Positions 1 through 7,155 of a stretch of 10,378 bases of DNA are shown here, in pieces. How positions within the stretch are numbered: the first letter of the stretch is position 1; each line of letters begins with the position of its first letter. Origin of the DNA: Nanobdellati archaeon. Its GTDB lineage: Archaea > B1Sed10-29 > JAGVWA01. The translations under genes were made by a program, and so were the position numbers. Under the pieces are notes generated by a model. It was not told the origin of the DNA. It did no database searches and saw only the letters and a list, made by a program, of their open reading frames with translations. The DNA is taken from contig JAGVWA010000012.1 of NCBI GenBank assembly GCA_018304505.1, positions 1 through 10,378 on the forward strand, read 5' to 3'.

Positions 1-103
1 CGCCGCAATATACAAATACGAAGACCACGCCGGAGTACCCCCAGACGAAAAAAGAAACAACACCAAACGCGACGAAACAGAACTAGACATAATACTCGTA
101 TAA
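1..103 (+). CDS. 3' end of an upstream CDS (partial, unknown product)
   Basis: Frame 2 is open from base 2 to TAA at 101-103: AAIYKYEDHAGVPPDEKRNNTKRDETELDIILV*. Not in the ORF track because it has no start in the window. Confidence 0.6.
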   Translation, partial: AAIYKYEDHAGVPPDEKRNNTKRDETELDIILV

Positions 104-140
104 GCAATAACTTTTTATACCTCCCATGCGCAAATAATAT

Positions 141-299
141 ATGTGGACACGGCGCAGCGACGAGTCTGAGTTTGAGGGACTACTAAAGGGCTCAATTAAA
201 CAGCCCATGTTAAAAGGAAAAACAGGGATAACTCCAACGCAAATTCCCCCCATGCCGCCAACGCCAACATCGAAAGAGCCCCCGACAAAACCAGTATGA
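141..299 (+). CDS. small Pro-rich hypothetical protein (52 aa)
   Basis: Read manually from ATG 141 to TGA 297-299: MWTRRSDESEFEGLLKGSIKQPMLKGKTGITPTQIPPMPPTPTSKEPPTKPV. A TATA-like TTTTTATA at about 112-119 sits at leaderless spacing. Confidence 0.5.
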   Translation: MWTRRSDESEFEGLLKGSIKQPMLKGKTGITPTQIPPMPPTPTSKEPPTKPV

Positions 300-303
300 T
301 GAA

Positions 304-319
304 GAAAAACCTTTATAAA
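304..319 (+). promoter_or_regulatory. BRE-TATA archaeal promoter candidate
   Basis: GAAAAACCTTTATAAA matches a purine-rich BRE followed by a TTTATAAA box; it may drive the 415..660 ORF. Confidence 0.45.
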
Positions 320-414
320 TGGAAACTAATTATAACTAGAATATACAATCGATACACCAAACACAATCGAACTAACCAAAACCAACAAAACACGACAGGA
401 GTTGAGCGCACAAC

Positions 415-660
415 ATGTGGGACACAAACAGCTCGCGAGAAGCACTTAATACTGAAACTAACGAACCAAAACCAGTTGCACAAAACAACAACATCGGCAG
501 GCTTATTCCATTGAGGTATAGACACATCGTACAAAACCTTGATCTTCACGGACTAAGTATTGGTGCAAGCAATAGCATAGAGGTTGAGGGAATCAAACAG
601 CCAGAACCACCAACGCCAAATGCCCAGTTGCCGCAGTGGTTCCCCCCCAGAAAACAATAA
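415..660 (+). CDS. hypothetical protein with Pro-rich C-terminus (81 aa)
   Basis: ORF track; ATG start; co-oriented with neighbours; no recognisable domain. Confidence 0.45.
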   Translation: MWDTNSSREALNTETNEPKPVAQNNNIGRLIPLRYRHIVQNLDLHGLSIGASNSIEVEGIKQPEPPTPNAQLPQWFPPRKQ

Positions 661-679
661 CGAAAACAATAACCATACT

Positions 680-702
680 TTATCAAAATCGCTAGCTTCA
701 AC
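680..702. repeat. displaced partial copy of the leuS 3' end (att-like direct repeat, copy 3)
   Basis: TTATCAAAATCGCTAGCTTCAAC is 23/23 identical to 1097-1119 and 21/23 identical to leuS 1627-1649. Confidence 0.9.
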
Positions 703-714
703 AACAGCTCTTTT

Positions 715-735
715 TATTGCATAACCATTATAAAC
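715..735 (+). promoter_or_regulatory. TATA promoter block of hicB cassette 2
   Basis: TATTGCATAACCATTATAAAC is 20/21 identical to 1124-1144; TTATAAA starts 30 bp before ATG 758. Confidence 0.75.
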
Positions 736-757
736 CTCTACTTCGAAAGTAAGACAC

Positions 758-1039
758 ATGGCTAAAAAATTAAACATAATAGAATTACCTGTATTTACCT
801 ACAAAGACGGCAAGTACTACGTATCAGAAGTTCCATTCATACATGTTGCTAGCCAAGGCAAAACAATAGATGAATCGATAGCCAACGTAACGGAAGCAGT
901 AGAGCTCTACTTCGAGGGAGAAGACGTAGAGGAGATACTAAAAGAAAAAGTGCCATTAAAAAGCAACGTGTACACAAGCACCATAGCATTTGACAAAAAA
1001 ACAAAACACTTAGTCGCCACTAGTTCTATAACGAGCTGA
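758..1039 (+). CDS. hicB: HicB-family antitoxin (now orphan)
   Basis: Motif KDGKYYVSEVPFIHVASQGKTIDESIANVTEAVELYFE fits the HicB-like pattern (..P.....SQG.T..EA..N..EA.ELY). Confidence 0.85.
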   Translation: MAKKLNIIELPVFTYKDGKYYVSEVPFIHVASQGKTIDESIANVTEAVELYFEGEDVEEILKEKVPLKSNVYTSTIAFDKKTKHLVATSSITS

Positions 1040-1045
1040 GCCAGA

Positions 1046-1095
1046 ATGACAAAAATACCGGTGCTCTGGAAGAATTTATTGACCTTCTCAACTAG
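1046..1095 (+). pseudogene. internally deleted HicA toxin remnant
   Basis: ATG 1046 reads MTKIPVL (HicA-like N-terminus, cf. MTRLTPI at 1385). It is fused out of frame to EEFIDLLN* at 1069-1095 (HicA-like C-terminus, cf. EEFLKLL of the intact copy). It sits directly after hicB. Confidence 0.75.
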
Positions 1096-1123
1096 CTTAT
1101 CAAAATCGCTAGCTTCAACGGCA
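1091..1123. repeat. displaced copy of the leuS 3' end (att-like direct repeat, copy 2)
   Basis: ACTAGCTTATCAAAATCGCTAGCTTCAACGGCA versus 1621-1653 ACTAGCTTATCAAAATCGCGGGCTTCAACGGCA: 31/33 identical, including the leuS stop codon. Confidence 0.95.
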
Positions 1124-1144
1124 TATTACATAACCATTATAAAC
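1124..1144 (+). promoter_or_regulatory. TATA promoter block of hicBA cassette 1
   Basis: TATTACATAACCATTATAAAC; TTATAAA starts 30 bp before ATG 1167, the same spacing as in cassette 2. Confidence 0.75.
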
Positions 1145-1166
1145 TCCCACCCCGTAACTAAAATAC

Positions 1167-1388
1167 ATGACTAAAAAATACGAATTTACCGTTCTGATTG
1201 AAAAAGACGAAGACGGCTGGCTAGTCGGAAAAGTGCCGGATCTACAAGGCTGTGCGACGCAAGCAAAAACCATGAATGAATTGATGAAACGCGTAAGAGA
1301 AGCCATCCTAGCTTGTCTTGAAAGCGAAAAACAAGAGCCCCAGCACCTAGAATTAATCGGCGTGCAAAAATTAGAGATAAACGCATGA
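1167..1388 (+). CDS. hicB: HicB-family antitoxin
   Basis: FTVLIEKDEDGWLVGKVPDLQGCATQAKTMNELMKRVREAILACLE is a classical short HicB (UPF0150) signature. Confidence 0.92.
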   Translation: MTKKYEFTVLIEKDEDGWLVGKVPDLQGCATQAKTMNELMKRVREAILACLESEKQEPQHLELIGVQKLEINA

Positions 1389-1618
1389 CCCGCTTAACCC
1401 CTATTTCTGGAAAGAAACTCTCTAAAATTGTAGAACAGCTTGGTTTCAAACTAGTTCATCAAAAGGGTAGTCACAAACGTTACGTTCATGACGATGGAAG
1501 AAAAACCACAATCCCCACACATGGAAACGAAGAAATCGGCATCGGCTTATTGATTGAAATCCTCGGACAAATCAAGATACCAAGAGAAGAGTTTTTAAAA
1601 CTACTAAAGAAAAGGTAA
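1385..1618 (+). CDS. hicA: HicA-family mRNA interferase toxin
   Basis: ISGKKLSKIVEQLGFKLVHQKGSH...DGRKTTIPTHGNEEIGIGLLIEILGQ has the catalytic GSH motif; ATGA overlap with hicB. Confidence 0.93.
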   Translation: MTRLTPISGKKLSKIVEQLGFKLVHQKGSHKRYVHDDGRKTTIPTHGNEEIGIGLLIEILGQIKIPREEFLKLLKKR

Positions 1619-1621
1619 CTA

Positions 1622-4462
1622 CTAGCTTATCAAAATCGCGGGCTTCAACGGCACCGCGTTGCCCGCTTTTGCTTCTTTTGACCCAGAAGCTTTCATCACT
1701 TCAACCTCAGCGCCAAAGCGCTGCTTGAAGAAATCGCTAGCCTCCTTGATGGCATCAAACTCCTGCTGCTCAGAAGGCACGTCATCAAGCAGCTCTCCAG
1801 CGTGCTTTGATAAGTAACTCACATAAGTCACTGCCTGCTTTCCATGGGCTTTGACATCCTCTTGCTGCATCGCGTTCTTCAAGATGTTCTGTGGATGCTT
1901 CATCTGCGCAGCCATCCTATAAACAGTGCGTTTCCATTCCGGCGCAATGAAAATAGTTATGTTCGCCAGTTTGCCTAAGTTGGCGAGCTTCTGCACGTTT
2001 TCAATGTCACCCTGTAAACCAAGGAGCATCTGCTCATTCGCCTCGGCTGTTCCATCAATTTTTGTCTCGTCAGCCACTGGGTACGGTTGCTGTACAACAA
2101 AGCCCTTGTTGCCAAGCTGCTCCCATAGCTCCTCGCACGTGTGCGGAATTACGGGGTTTATCAACTTAACAAGCGTCTCGGCAGCCCACTTTGCCACCTC
2201 CTTGTTGTCGCCATTCCTGGTTTTGTACCACGCCAGGACCTTGAGGCCTTCGAACATGGCCTGATCAATCGCCTTCCGCAGCTCAAGCGAATTGAAGCTG
2301 ATTGTGGTGCTCTTTATTATTGTGTTTATCCTGGACTCGAGCCACGCGTCTATATGTTTTTTCTTGCTGCCTTTGACTTGCTTCATTTCCATTACCGCAT
2401 TGTAGAAGCGCTCTGCTTGGCTTTTGTAATTCATCACAGTATCATGAGCCCATTCAATGTCGCTAAACGGGCTGCCGACGTGCGCGTAAAACAAACGCAT
2501 TCCGTCAACGCTATACTCATCAGCAGGCGGAATCGCATTACTAAAGACGCCGCCTTTGCTCTTGCTTATTTTTTCTCCGCCGCCTTCTGTAACCCAGTAG
2601 TTGACGAAGATGCCTTGTGGCCAGTCGTTCTCAGGAAGAATGGCCGCGTGGTTCATGATGTAAACCGGAAAGTGCACTGTCTGGTGTTCCTTGCCGCCAA
2701 GGTTGATATCGACAGGATACCAGTACTCAAATTCCTTTTTGACTTGTTTCCAAGTTTCGTTTTTTGGTTTTCCTTTACCTAAAAAAACGTAGTCGAAGAA
2801 TTCCTCTGTCAAGTCATCGAGCTGCAGCTTGCCTGCGTTGAAGTACCTTGACACAACGTAAAAAGCAGGATACAGCGTGGAATCACTGATGGCCTCGATT
2901 GTCCAGCCCTTGTCGAATGGAAATGGGGTACCAACCCAATTGCCTCTGCGCGTAGCGCTTCTATATCCGAACCAGTCCAACACGCCTGGCAGGTTATCCT
3001 TGTAGCTTTGGGGGTAAATGTTCATTCTCTTGGCATGCTCCTTCGACTTTTCTTTCACTTCCGGGTTTTTGTAGTCGATCACCCACTGGTCGTTGATTTT
3101 CTTTACAACGACGCGTTCGCCACACCTGCAAACAACTGGCTCTGAAAAGTCCACAAACACGTCTGCTTTGCCTGCGCTGATTAGTTCTTGTTTTATCTTG
3201 TCTTTGGCTTCCATTACGCTCATGCCAGCGTATTTCCCAGAGTGCTTCGTCATGGTACCTGTGTGGAACCCTGCCTTATATACCTCTTTTTTCGCTTCTT
3301 CGAGTTTCGGGTCGTCCTGATTCTTTATTTTGAGGTCTCGGCATATTTTCACTGCAGCCATGTCGCCATAGCCTTTCACTTCCATAATTGGGATTACCTC
3401 TATTGATTTTATTTTCTCGTAGTCCAGGCCGTATTTTTCGCAATCGACCTTGGACTTCTGCAAGTCCACGAGACCCATGTAATCGATAGGCGCATCGCTT
3501 GGCACCGACGTCACTATGCCAGAGCCAATGCCAGGGTCACAGAATTTACTTGGCAGGATAATGATTTCCCGATCGACCCCTGGCGCCTTAGCGTACTGTC
3601 CAATCAAGTTCCCGCCTTTGATTTTCTGTATCACCTCAAGGTTGTCTTTCTGATACCTCAGTTTGGACAGAGCTTCTTGGCTTAGTATCCATTCTTCCCC
3701 ATCGACCTTGGCGAGCGCATACTCGACGTTTGGATCGATCCACAAGTTGGTTTGCCCGTACACGGTTTCTGGTCTGAGGGTGGCGGCTATAATATACCGG
3801 TTTGGTTTTTCAAATTCGAACTTCAGCAAGGTGTACTCGTTCTGTTGCGCATTACCTCCTTTGCTCAAGTCGGTTTCGCTTGGGTCTACAGCTACAGAGC
3901 CGTCCTTTGGGCAGTAGGCCTCGTACGACTCGATTTGTTTCAACATTCCCAAGTTTTTGAGTTTCCTGAACTGCCACTCGATGAACTTCTGGTACTGAGG
4001 GTATTGCGTGCAAACGATGGCGTCAAAGTCCGCCAATAAACCGAAGCGCTTGAATGTCTTCTGGTAATTTTCTGTGAAGTATTTCAAGACAACCATGATG
4101 TCCTTTTCGCCATCCTTCTTGAGTTGCTCTATCTGCTTTTCATTGAGGCCGTCGATCTTGAGGTTGTTGATTATGTCTTCCCGGCCTTCTTTTAGTTTGC
4201 GGAGCCATGTTGGCGCCACGTTTCCAGAGGCGTGAGTGCCTACTGGAAAAAAGATTGAGTGGCCTTGCATCCTTTTGAGGCGGCAGATCATGTCGCTGTA
4301 AGTAAACCCCCGCATGTGCCCGACGTGCTGATGACCAGAGACGCCAGGGTAAGCAAAGTGCAAGTAGAATTTTTTCTCCCCCGTTGGCCCTGACTTGAGT
4401 TCTGGGCTAGCATACCATCTTTCCTGCCATTTCTTCTCGATTTGTTTGTGATCAAATTTCAT
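1622..4462 (-). CDS. leuS: leucine--tRNA ligase, archaeal/eukaryotic type
   Basis: 946 aa. HIGH motif is HVGH and KMSKS is KISKS. CP1 editing motifs ATLRPET and GSGIVTSVPSDAP are present, as are EFEYWYPVD and the C-terminal PLKPAI. An SD-like GGAGTGA lies upstream (about 4470-4476, minus strand). Confidence 0.97.
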   Translation of the reverse strand: MKFDHKQIEKKWQERWYASPELKSGPTGEKKFYLHFAYPGVSGHQHVGHMRGFTYSDMICRLKRMQGHSIFFPVGTHASGNVAPTWLRKLKEGREDIINNLKIDGLNEKQIEQLKKDGEKDIMVVLKYFTENYQKTFKRFGLLADFDAIVCTQYPQYQKFIEWQFRKLKNLGMLKQIESYEAYCPKDGSVAVDPSETDLSKGGNAQQNEYTLLKFEFEKPNRYIIAATLRPETVYGQTNLWIDPNVEYALAKVDGEEWILSQEALSKLRYQKDNLEVIQKIKGGNLIGQYAKAPGVDREIIILPSKFCDPGIGSGIVTSVPSDAPIDYMGLVDLQKSKVDCEKYGLDYEKIKSIEVIPIMEVKGYGDMAAVKICRDLKIKNQDDPKLEEAKKEVYKAGFHTGTMTKHSGKYAGMSVMEAKDKIKQELISAGKADVFVDFSEPVVCRCGERVVVKKINDQWVIDYKNPEVKEKSKEHAKRMNIYPQSYKDNLPGVLDWFGYRSATRRGNWVGTPFPFDKGWTIEAISDSTLYPAFYVVSRYFNAGKLQLDDLTEEFFDYVFLGKGKPKNETWKQVKKEFEYWYPVDINLGGKEHQTVHFPVYIMNHAAILPENDWPQGIFVNYWVTEGGGEKISKSKGGVFSNAIPPADEYSVDGMRLFYAHVGSPFSDIEWAHDTVMNYKSQAERFYNAVMEMKQVKGSKKKHIDAWLESRINTIIKSTTISFNSLELRKAIDQAMFEGLKVLAWYKTRNGDNKEVAKWAAETLVKLINPVIPHTCEELWEQLGNKGFVVQQPYPVADETKIDGTAEANEQMLLGLQGDIENVQKLANLGKLANITIFIAPEWKRTVYRMAAQMKHPQNILKNAMQQEDVKAHGKQAVTYVSYLSKHAGELLDDVPSEQQEFDAIKEASDFFKQRFGAEVEVMKASGSKEAKAGNAVPLKPAILIS

Positions 4463-4580
4463 GAAAAAATCACTCCAGGTTATCCTTTCCTTGTTTTATT
4501 GACTTTTCTTGAGTATTTATAGCTTTTTAACTCACGTCAGTTTAAACTCGCTCAGGTGGCAAAATCGTTAAATATACTAG

Positions 4581-4850
4581 ATGCTCTTAAATACATTGAT
4601 GACTATGGCGGATGATACATCTATTGACGCTGGCAAGGCTAGCAGCATAGCAAAACAATACTTGATCGACACGTACGGTAATCTTGGCCAGTTTACATTT
4701 AAAATACACTCGATCAAAAGAAATTCAGCTGAACACATCTGGATTGTTGAGTGCGAATCTTATGCGACCCCTAAGGATGAAAAACCAACAGCGTACACCA
4801 TAAAAGTAAACATCAAAACAGGTGAGATCGTGTCAATCTCATCTATCTAA
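4581..4850 (+). CDS. small hypothetical protein, PepSY-like pattern (true start may be 4599 or 4605)
   Basis: Helix (A..IAKQYL) followed by beta strands W.V...Y.IKVNIKTGEIVS, reminiscent of the PepSY fold; divergent from leuS. Confidence 0.7.
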   Translation: MLLNTLMTMADDTSIDAGKASSIAKQYLIDTYGNLGQFTFKIHSIKRNSAEHIWIVECESYATPKDEKPTAYTIKVNIKTGEIVSISSI

Positions 4851-4889
4851 TATCATAATGACCCTAAGCCTTATCAGCAGCGCTATTAG

Positions 4890-5105
4890 GCAAGGCTGCT
4901 TGCTCGGGAGAAAATCCTATCTCACGACCTCTTTGAAGAACTAGGCGTTACAGATGTGGCCCTTCTAAATTGTTCTGAAGACAAAAAGTATTTTGTCATA
5001 ACAAAGGAACGGCAACTACTTGGACAGATGCGAGCAAGAAAAATGAACACCATCGGCATAGACACGCTAACTGCGTTTTATTACAGCTTGCCCGAGCATG
5101 CGTGA
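4890..5105 (+). pseudogene. C-terminal fragment of a PIN-domain (VapC-like) protein
   Basis: Frame with no plausible start, read manually after TAG 4887-4889: ARLLAREKILSHDLFEELGVTDVALLNCSEDKKYFVITKERQLLGQMRARKMNTIGIDTLTAFYYSLPEHA*. LGVTDVALL...VITKERQL resembles the PIN motif LG.TDA.IL....V.T.D..L. Confidence 0.55.
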
Positions 5106-5106
5106 T

Positions 5107-5577
5107 CTATAGCTTAACGAGCACGTAGAAGTCAAGCTCTGATTTACCAATGTAGCCTGACGAAGTTGCTTTTTCCGCCAGATACTTTAGCTGGCCGTCC
5201 ATTCGCACTGGCAATGAAACCACAACAACGCCCCCTGGGTTTGCGTACCGTTCCAGGTTTTTGTTTTTCAGCAAGTGATAAGCGTCGATGCAAATGATGA
5301 GGTCGAACTTTTCATCAGTTACGAAGTTATCTGTCACATGGTACTCAATGTTGGGCTTGCGCTTGCCGATTGCCTCATCAGAAACGTCAACACCTACGAT
5401 GCGCTTGATGCCGTGCTGCTTGAAATCCAAGAAGTCCTCGAACCAGGCCCTACCGATGCCGATGTCCAGCAATGACTTTTTGTCATGCATGTAGAACTCT
5501 AGCGTTTCCCACAAGTCTTCGTACTTTTCGAACTGCTTGGGCCGCCAGGATTCGTATATCTGGTTTGAGTACTCCAT
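5107..5577 (-). CDS. class I SAM-dependent methyltransferase
   Basis: Motif I SLLDIGIG, post-I IVGVDVS, motif II KFDLIICIDAYH, and NPGGVVVV. Confidence 0.85.
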   Translation of the reverse strand: MEYSNQIYESWRPKQFEKYEDLWETLEFYMHDKKSLLDIGIGRAWFEDFLDFKQHGIKRIVGVDVSDEAIGKRKPNIEYHVTDNFVTDEKFDLIICIDAYHLLKNKNLERYANPGGVVVVSLPVRMDGQLKYLAEKATSSGYIGKSELDFYVLVKL

Positions 5578-5627
5578 ATACGAATTTTGACGAATGCTTT
5601 ATATATGAATAATCCTTTTTCTTGAAC

Positions 5628-6050
5628 ATGGCACTACAAATAGTACCCGTAAACTACGTAGCTGTTGTAGTAGCTGCGATTGCCAGCATGGTCATCGGGT
5701 TTCTCTACTACTCCCCGAGCTTGTTCGGTGGCAAATGGATGAAACTCGCAGGCATTACTAAGAAGGAAGCAGACAAAGCAATGAAGCAAGGCATGGCCAA
5801 AACATTGGTCCTTGGTTTCATCACTGCCCTAGTAATGGCGTGGGTGATCGCAATGATCATTGGCAACGTCGGTGCGGCCACGGTAACAGAAGGCGCAATG
5901 GTCGGCTTCTGGGCATGGCTGGGCTTTGTAGCCACATTTAGCTACCACGGAGTCCTCTGGGGAAAGCAACCTCATTCACTCTGGACCCTCCAAAACGGCA
6001 ACAACCTAATATCAATGGTAGTAATTGGCGCAATAATCGCAGCACTGTAA
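5628..6050 (+). CDS. DUF1761-family membrane protein
   Basis: VNYVAVVVAAIASMVIGFLYYSPSLFGGKWM and GFWAWLGFV are typical of DUF1761; four hydrophobic segments. ATG 5628 is preferred over TTG 5622, with TTTATATA at 5598-5605. Confidence 0.88.
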   Translation: MALQIVPVNYVAVVVAAIASMVIGFLYYSPSLFGGKWMKLAGITKKEADKAMKQGMAKTLVLGFITALVMAWVIAMIIGNVGAATVTEGAMVGFWAWLGFVATFSYHGVLWGKQPHSLWTLQNGNNLISMVVIGAIIAAL

Positions 6051-6072
6051 AACTACACAGCTAAAAAACCAC

Positions 6073-6098
6073 TAGACGGGCCCTCAGGGCCCCATCTA
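6073..6098. terminator. GC-rich hairpin between convergent genes
   Basis: GGGCCC-TCA-GGGCCC (6078-6092) with outer TAGA/TCTA pairing; function is inferred from position only. Confidence 0.3.
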
Positions 6099-6416
6099 CT
6101 CTTCTTTCTTTTCAAATCTTTGGGTATCCCTATCGTGTAGTTTGTTTATTGTTCTATCAACGCATTCATCGAGGTTAATGCCAAGGGAGTTTGCCATGCA
6201 GGTTATAGTTACAATGAGGTCTGCTAGTTCATCTGCGACTTCCCTTGTTTGTTCAGACGGCTTTTTCTTTTTAGGACCATATCGGTGGTTGATTTCCCTG
6301 GCTAGCTCACCCATTTCTTCTGTCATGCGGGCCATTATTTCTAGTGGCTGCCAATAAGGAGTTTTAAATTGCTGAGCCCATTCGTCTACTTGCTCTTGCA
6401 CGTGCTTTAATGTCAT
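6096..6416 (-). CDS. MazG-like nucleotide pyrophosphohydrolase (YpjD-like)
   Basis: YWQPLEIMARMTEEMGELAREINHRYGPKKKK...ADELAD shows the EExxE...ExxD all-alpha NTP-PPase motif. Confidence 0.92.
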   Translation of the reverse strand: MTLKHVQEQVDEWAQQFKTPYWQPLEIMARMTEEMGELAREINHRYGPKKKKPSEQTREVADELADLIVTITCMANSLGINLDECVDRTINKLHDRDTQRFEKKEE

Positions 6417-6500
6417 TAAGTAGTATAGGGCCTTGATTTATTTAATCATTTTGTTTTCAAATACCCGGCCCATGTCCTATTTAAGTATGCTTAAGCTTAA

Positions 6501-6689
6501 TCAGGTTTCGCAAGCGCACTCGGCTTCCACTTGCTGGCATCCCCTGCACACAGGCATAATGTTTTCATTTCCACAGGGGTGCTCTTCGTCTTTTTCTATC
6601 ATGAAAGCGCTGCACATCTGGCACTTATACGCCACCGGAGCGTTGCACTTGCTGCACACATCCCCCGAGGTTGTTTGCCACGCCGTCAT
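6501..6689 (-). CDS. small Cys-rich putative zinc-binding protein (62 aa)
   Basis: Start revised to ATG at 6689 (MTAWQTT), preceded by SD GGTGA. Motifs CSKC, CQMC, HPC, CRGC and CAC. Confidence 0.75.
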   Translation of the reverse strand: MTAWQTTSGDVCSKCNAPVAYKCQMCSAFMIEKDEEHPCGNENIMPVCRGCQQVEAECACET

Positions 6690-6696
6690 TTTTACA

Positions 6697-7104
6697 TCAC
6701 CTTGTCTTGAAATACTCATCAATGTTATTTAAGGCTTCACCAACAGTTCGATAGCGCATGACTGGAAAGCTTCCGTTGCCTGAAATCATCGCACTAAGTC
6801 GCTGCCCGCGTTTTGGCCTGTACAAGCACAGGATGCGCTTTTGCATGTCCTCTGCCTTTGCGATCTCATAGCCAACGCCGATGCTCGGCACTGAAACATC
6901 GGCAACAACCACGTCTGCTAGGCGCAGCCAAGACATGTCCCGCTCATAGATCCAATCATCAGTGTTCACGCTATCGATTTCGGCCCCATGGGCAACGTGT
7001 TCTGTCAATACCTCGCCGTACTTCCTAAGGTGCGCGATGATCTTCTTGTATAGCCCCGTGTCAGCATCGCCACCGCGCATGGACCCTGCGAAGTAAATCT
7101 GCAT
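6697..7104 (-). CDS. nucleoside 2-deoxyribosyltransferase family / Rcl (DNPH1)-like dNMP N-glycosidase
   Basis: Start revised to MQIYFAGSMRGG (ATG at 7104). VLTEHV, IYERDMSWL, PSIGVGYE (catalytic Glu) and LSAMISG are DNPH1-type motifs. Confidence 0.92.
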   Translation of the reverse strand: MQIYFAGSMRGGDADTGLYKKIIAHLRKYGEVLTEHVAHGAEIDSVNTDDWIYERDMSWLRLADVVVADVSVPSIGVGYEIAKAEDMQKRILCLYRPKRGQRLSAMISGNGSFPVMRYRTVGEALNNIDEYFKTR

Positions 7105-7155
7105 AACACAAATAATGAACACAAAGTATTTAAACGATTCTTGCCTTACTCTGTT

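Larger units (their letters stand above)
1091..1653 (+). mobile_element. putative minimal integrated TA cassette at the leuS 3' end (hicBA)
   Basis: Only a promoter, hicB and hicA lie between two 33-bp direct repeats, one of which is the leuS terminus. Mobility is inferred; there is no integrase in the window. Confidence 0.6.

Noticed and set aside
296-777. ORFs 296..514 (+), 313..549 (-) and 553..777 (-)
   Set aside because: They are compositional by-products of the A/C skew or run across promoter and repeat elements, and they conflict with better-supported features.
1115-1449. Minus-strand ORFs over hicBA
   Set aside because: Antisense to clear HicB and HicA genes.
680-1653. IS element or provirus
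   Set aside because: No transposase, integrase, terminal inverted repeats or viral genes are visible.
1926-4039. Plus-strand ORFs inside leuS (1926, 2141, 3093, 3188, 3663, 3752)
   Set aside because: Antisense shadows of a well-supported gene, with no recognisable motifs.
4851-4889. Stop-codon readthrough or alternative genetic code joining 4581..4850 to the PIN-like frame
   Set aside because: Two different stops (TAA and TAG) intervene, and both are used as normal terminators elsewhere in the window.
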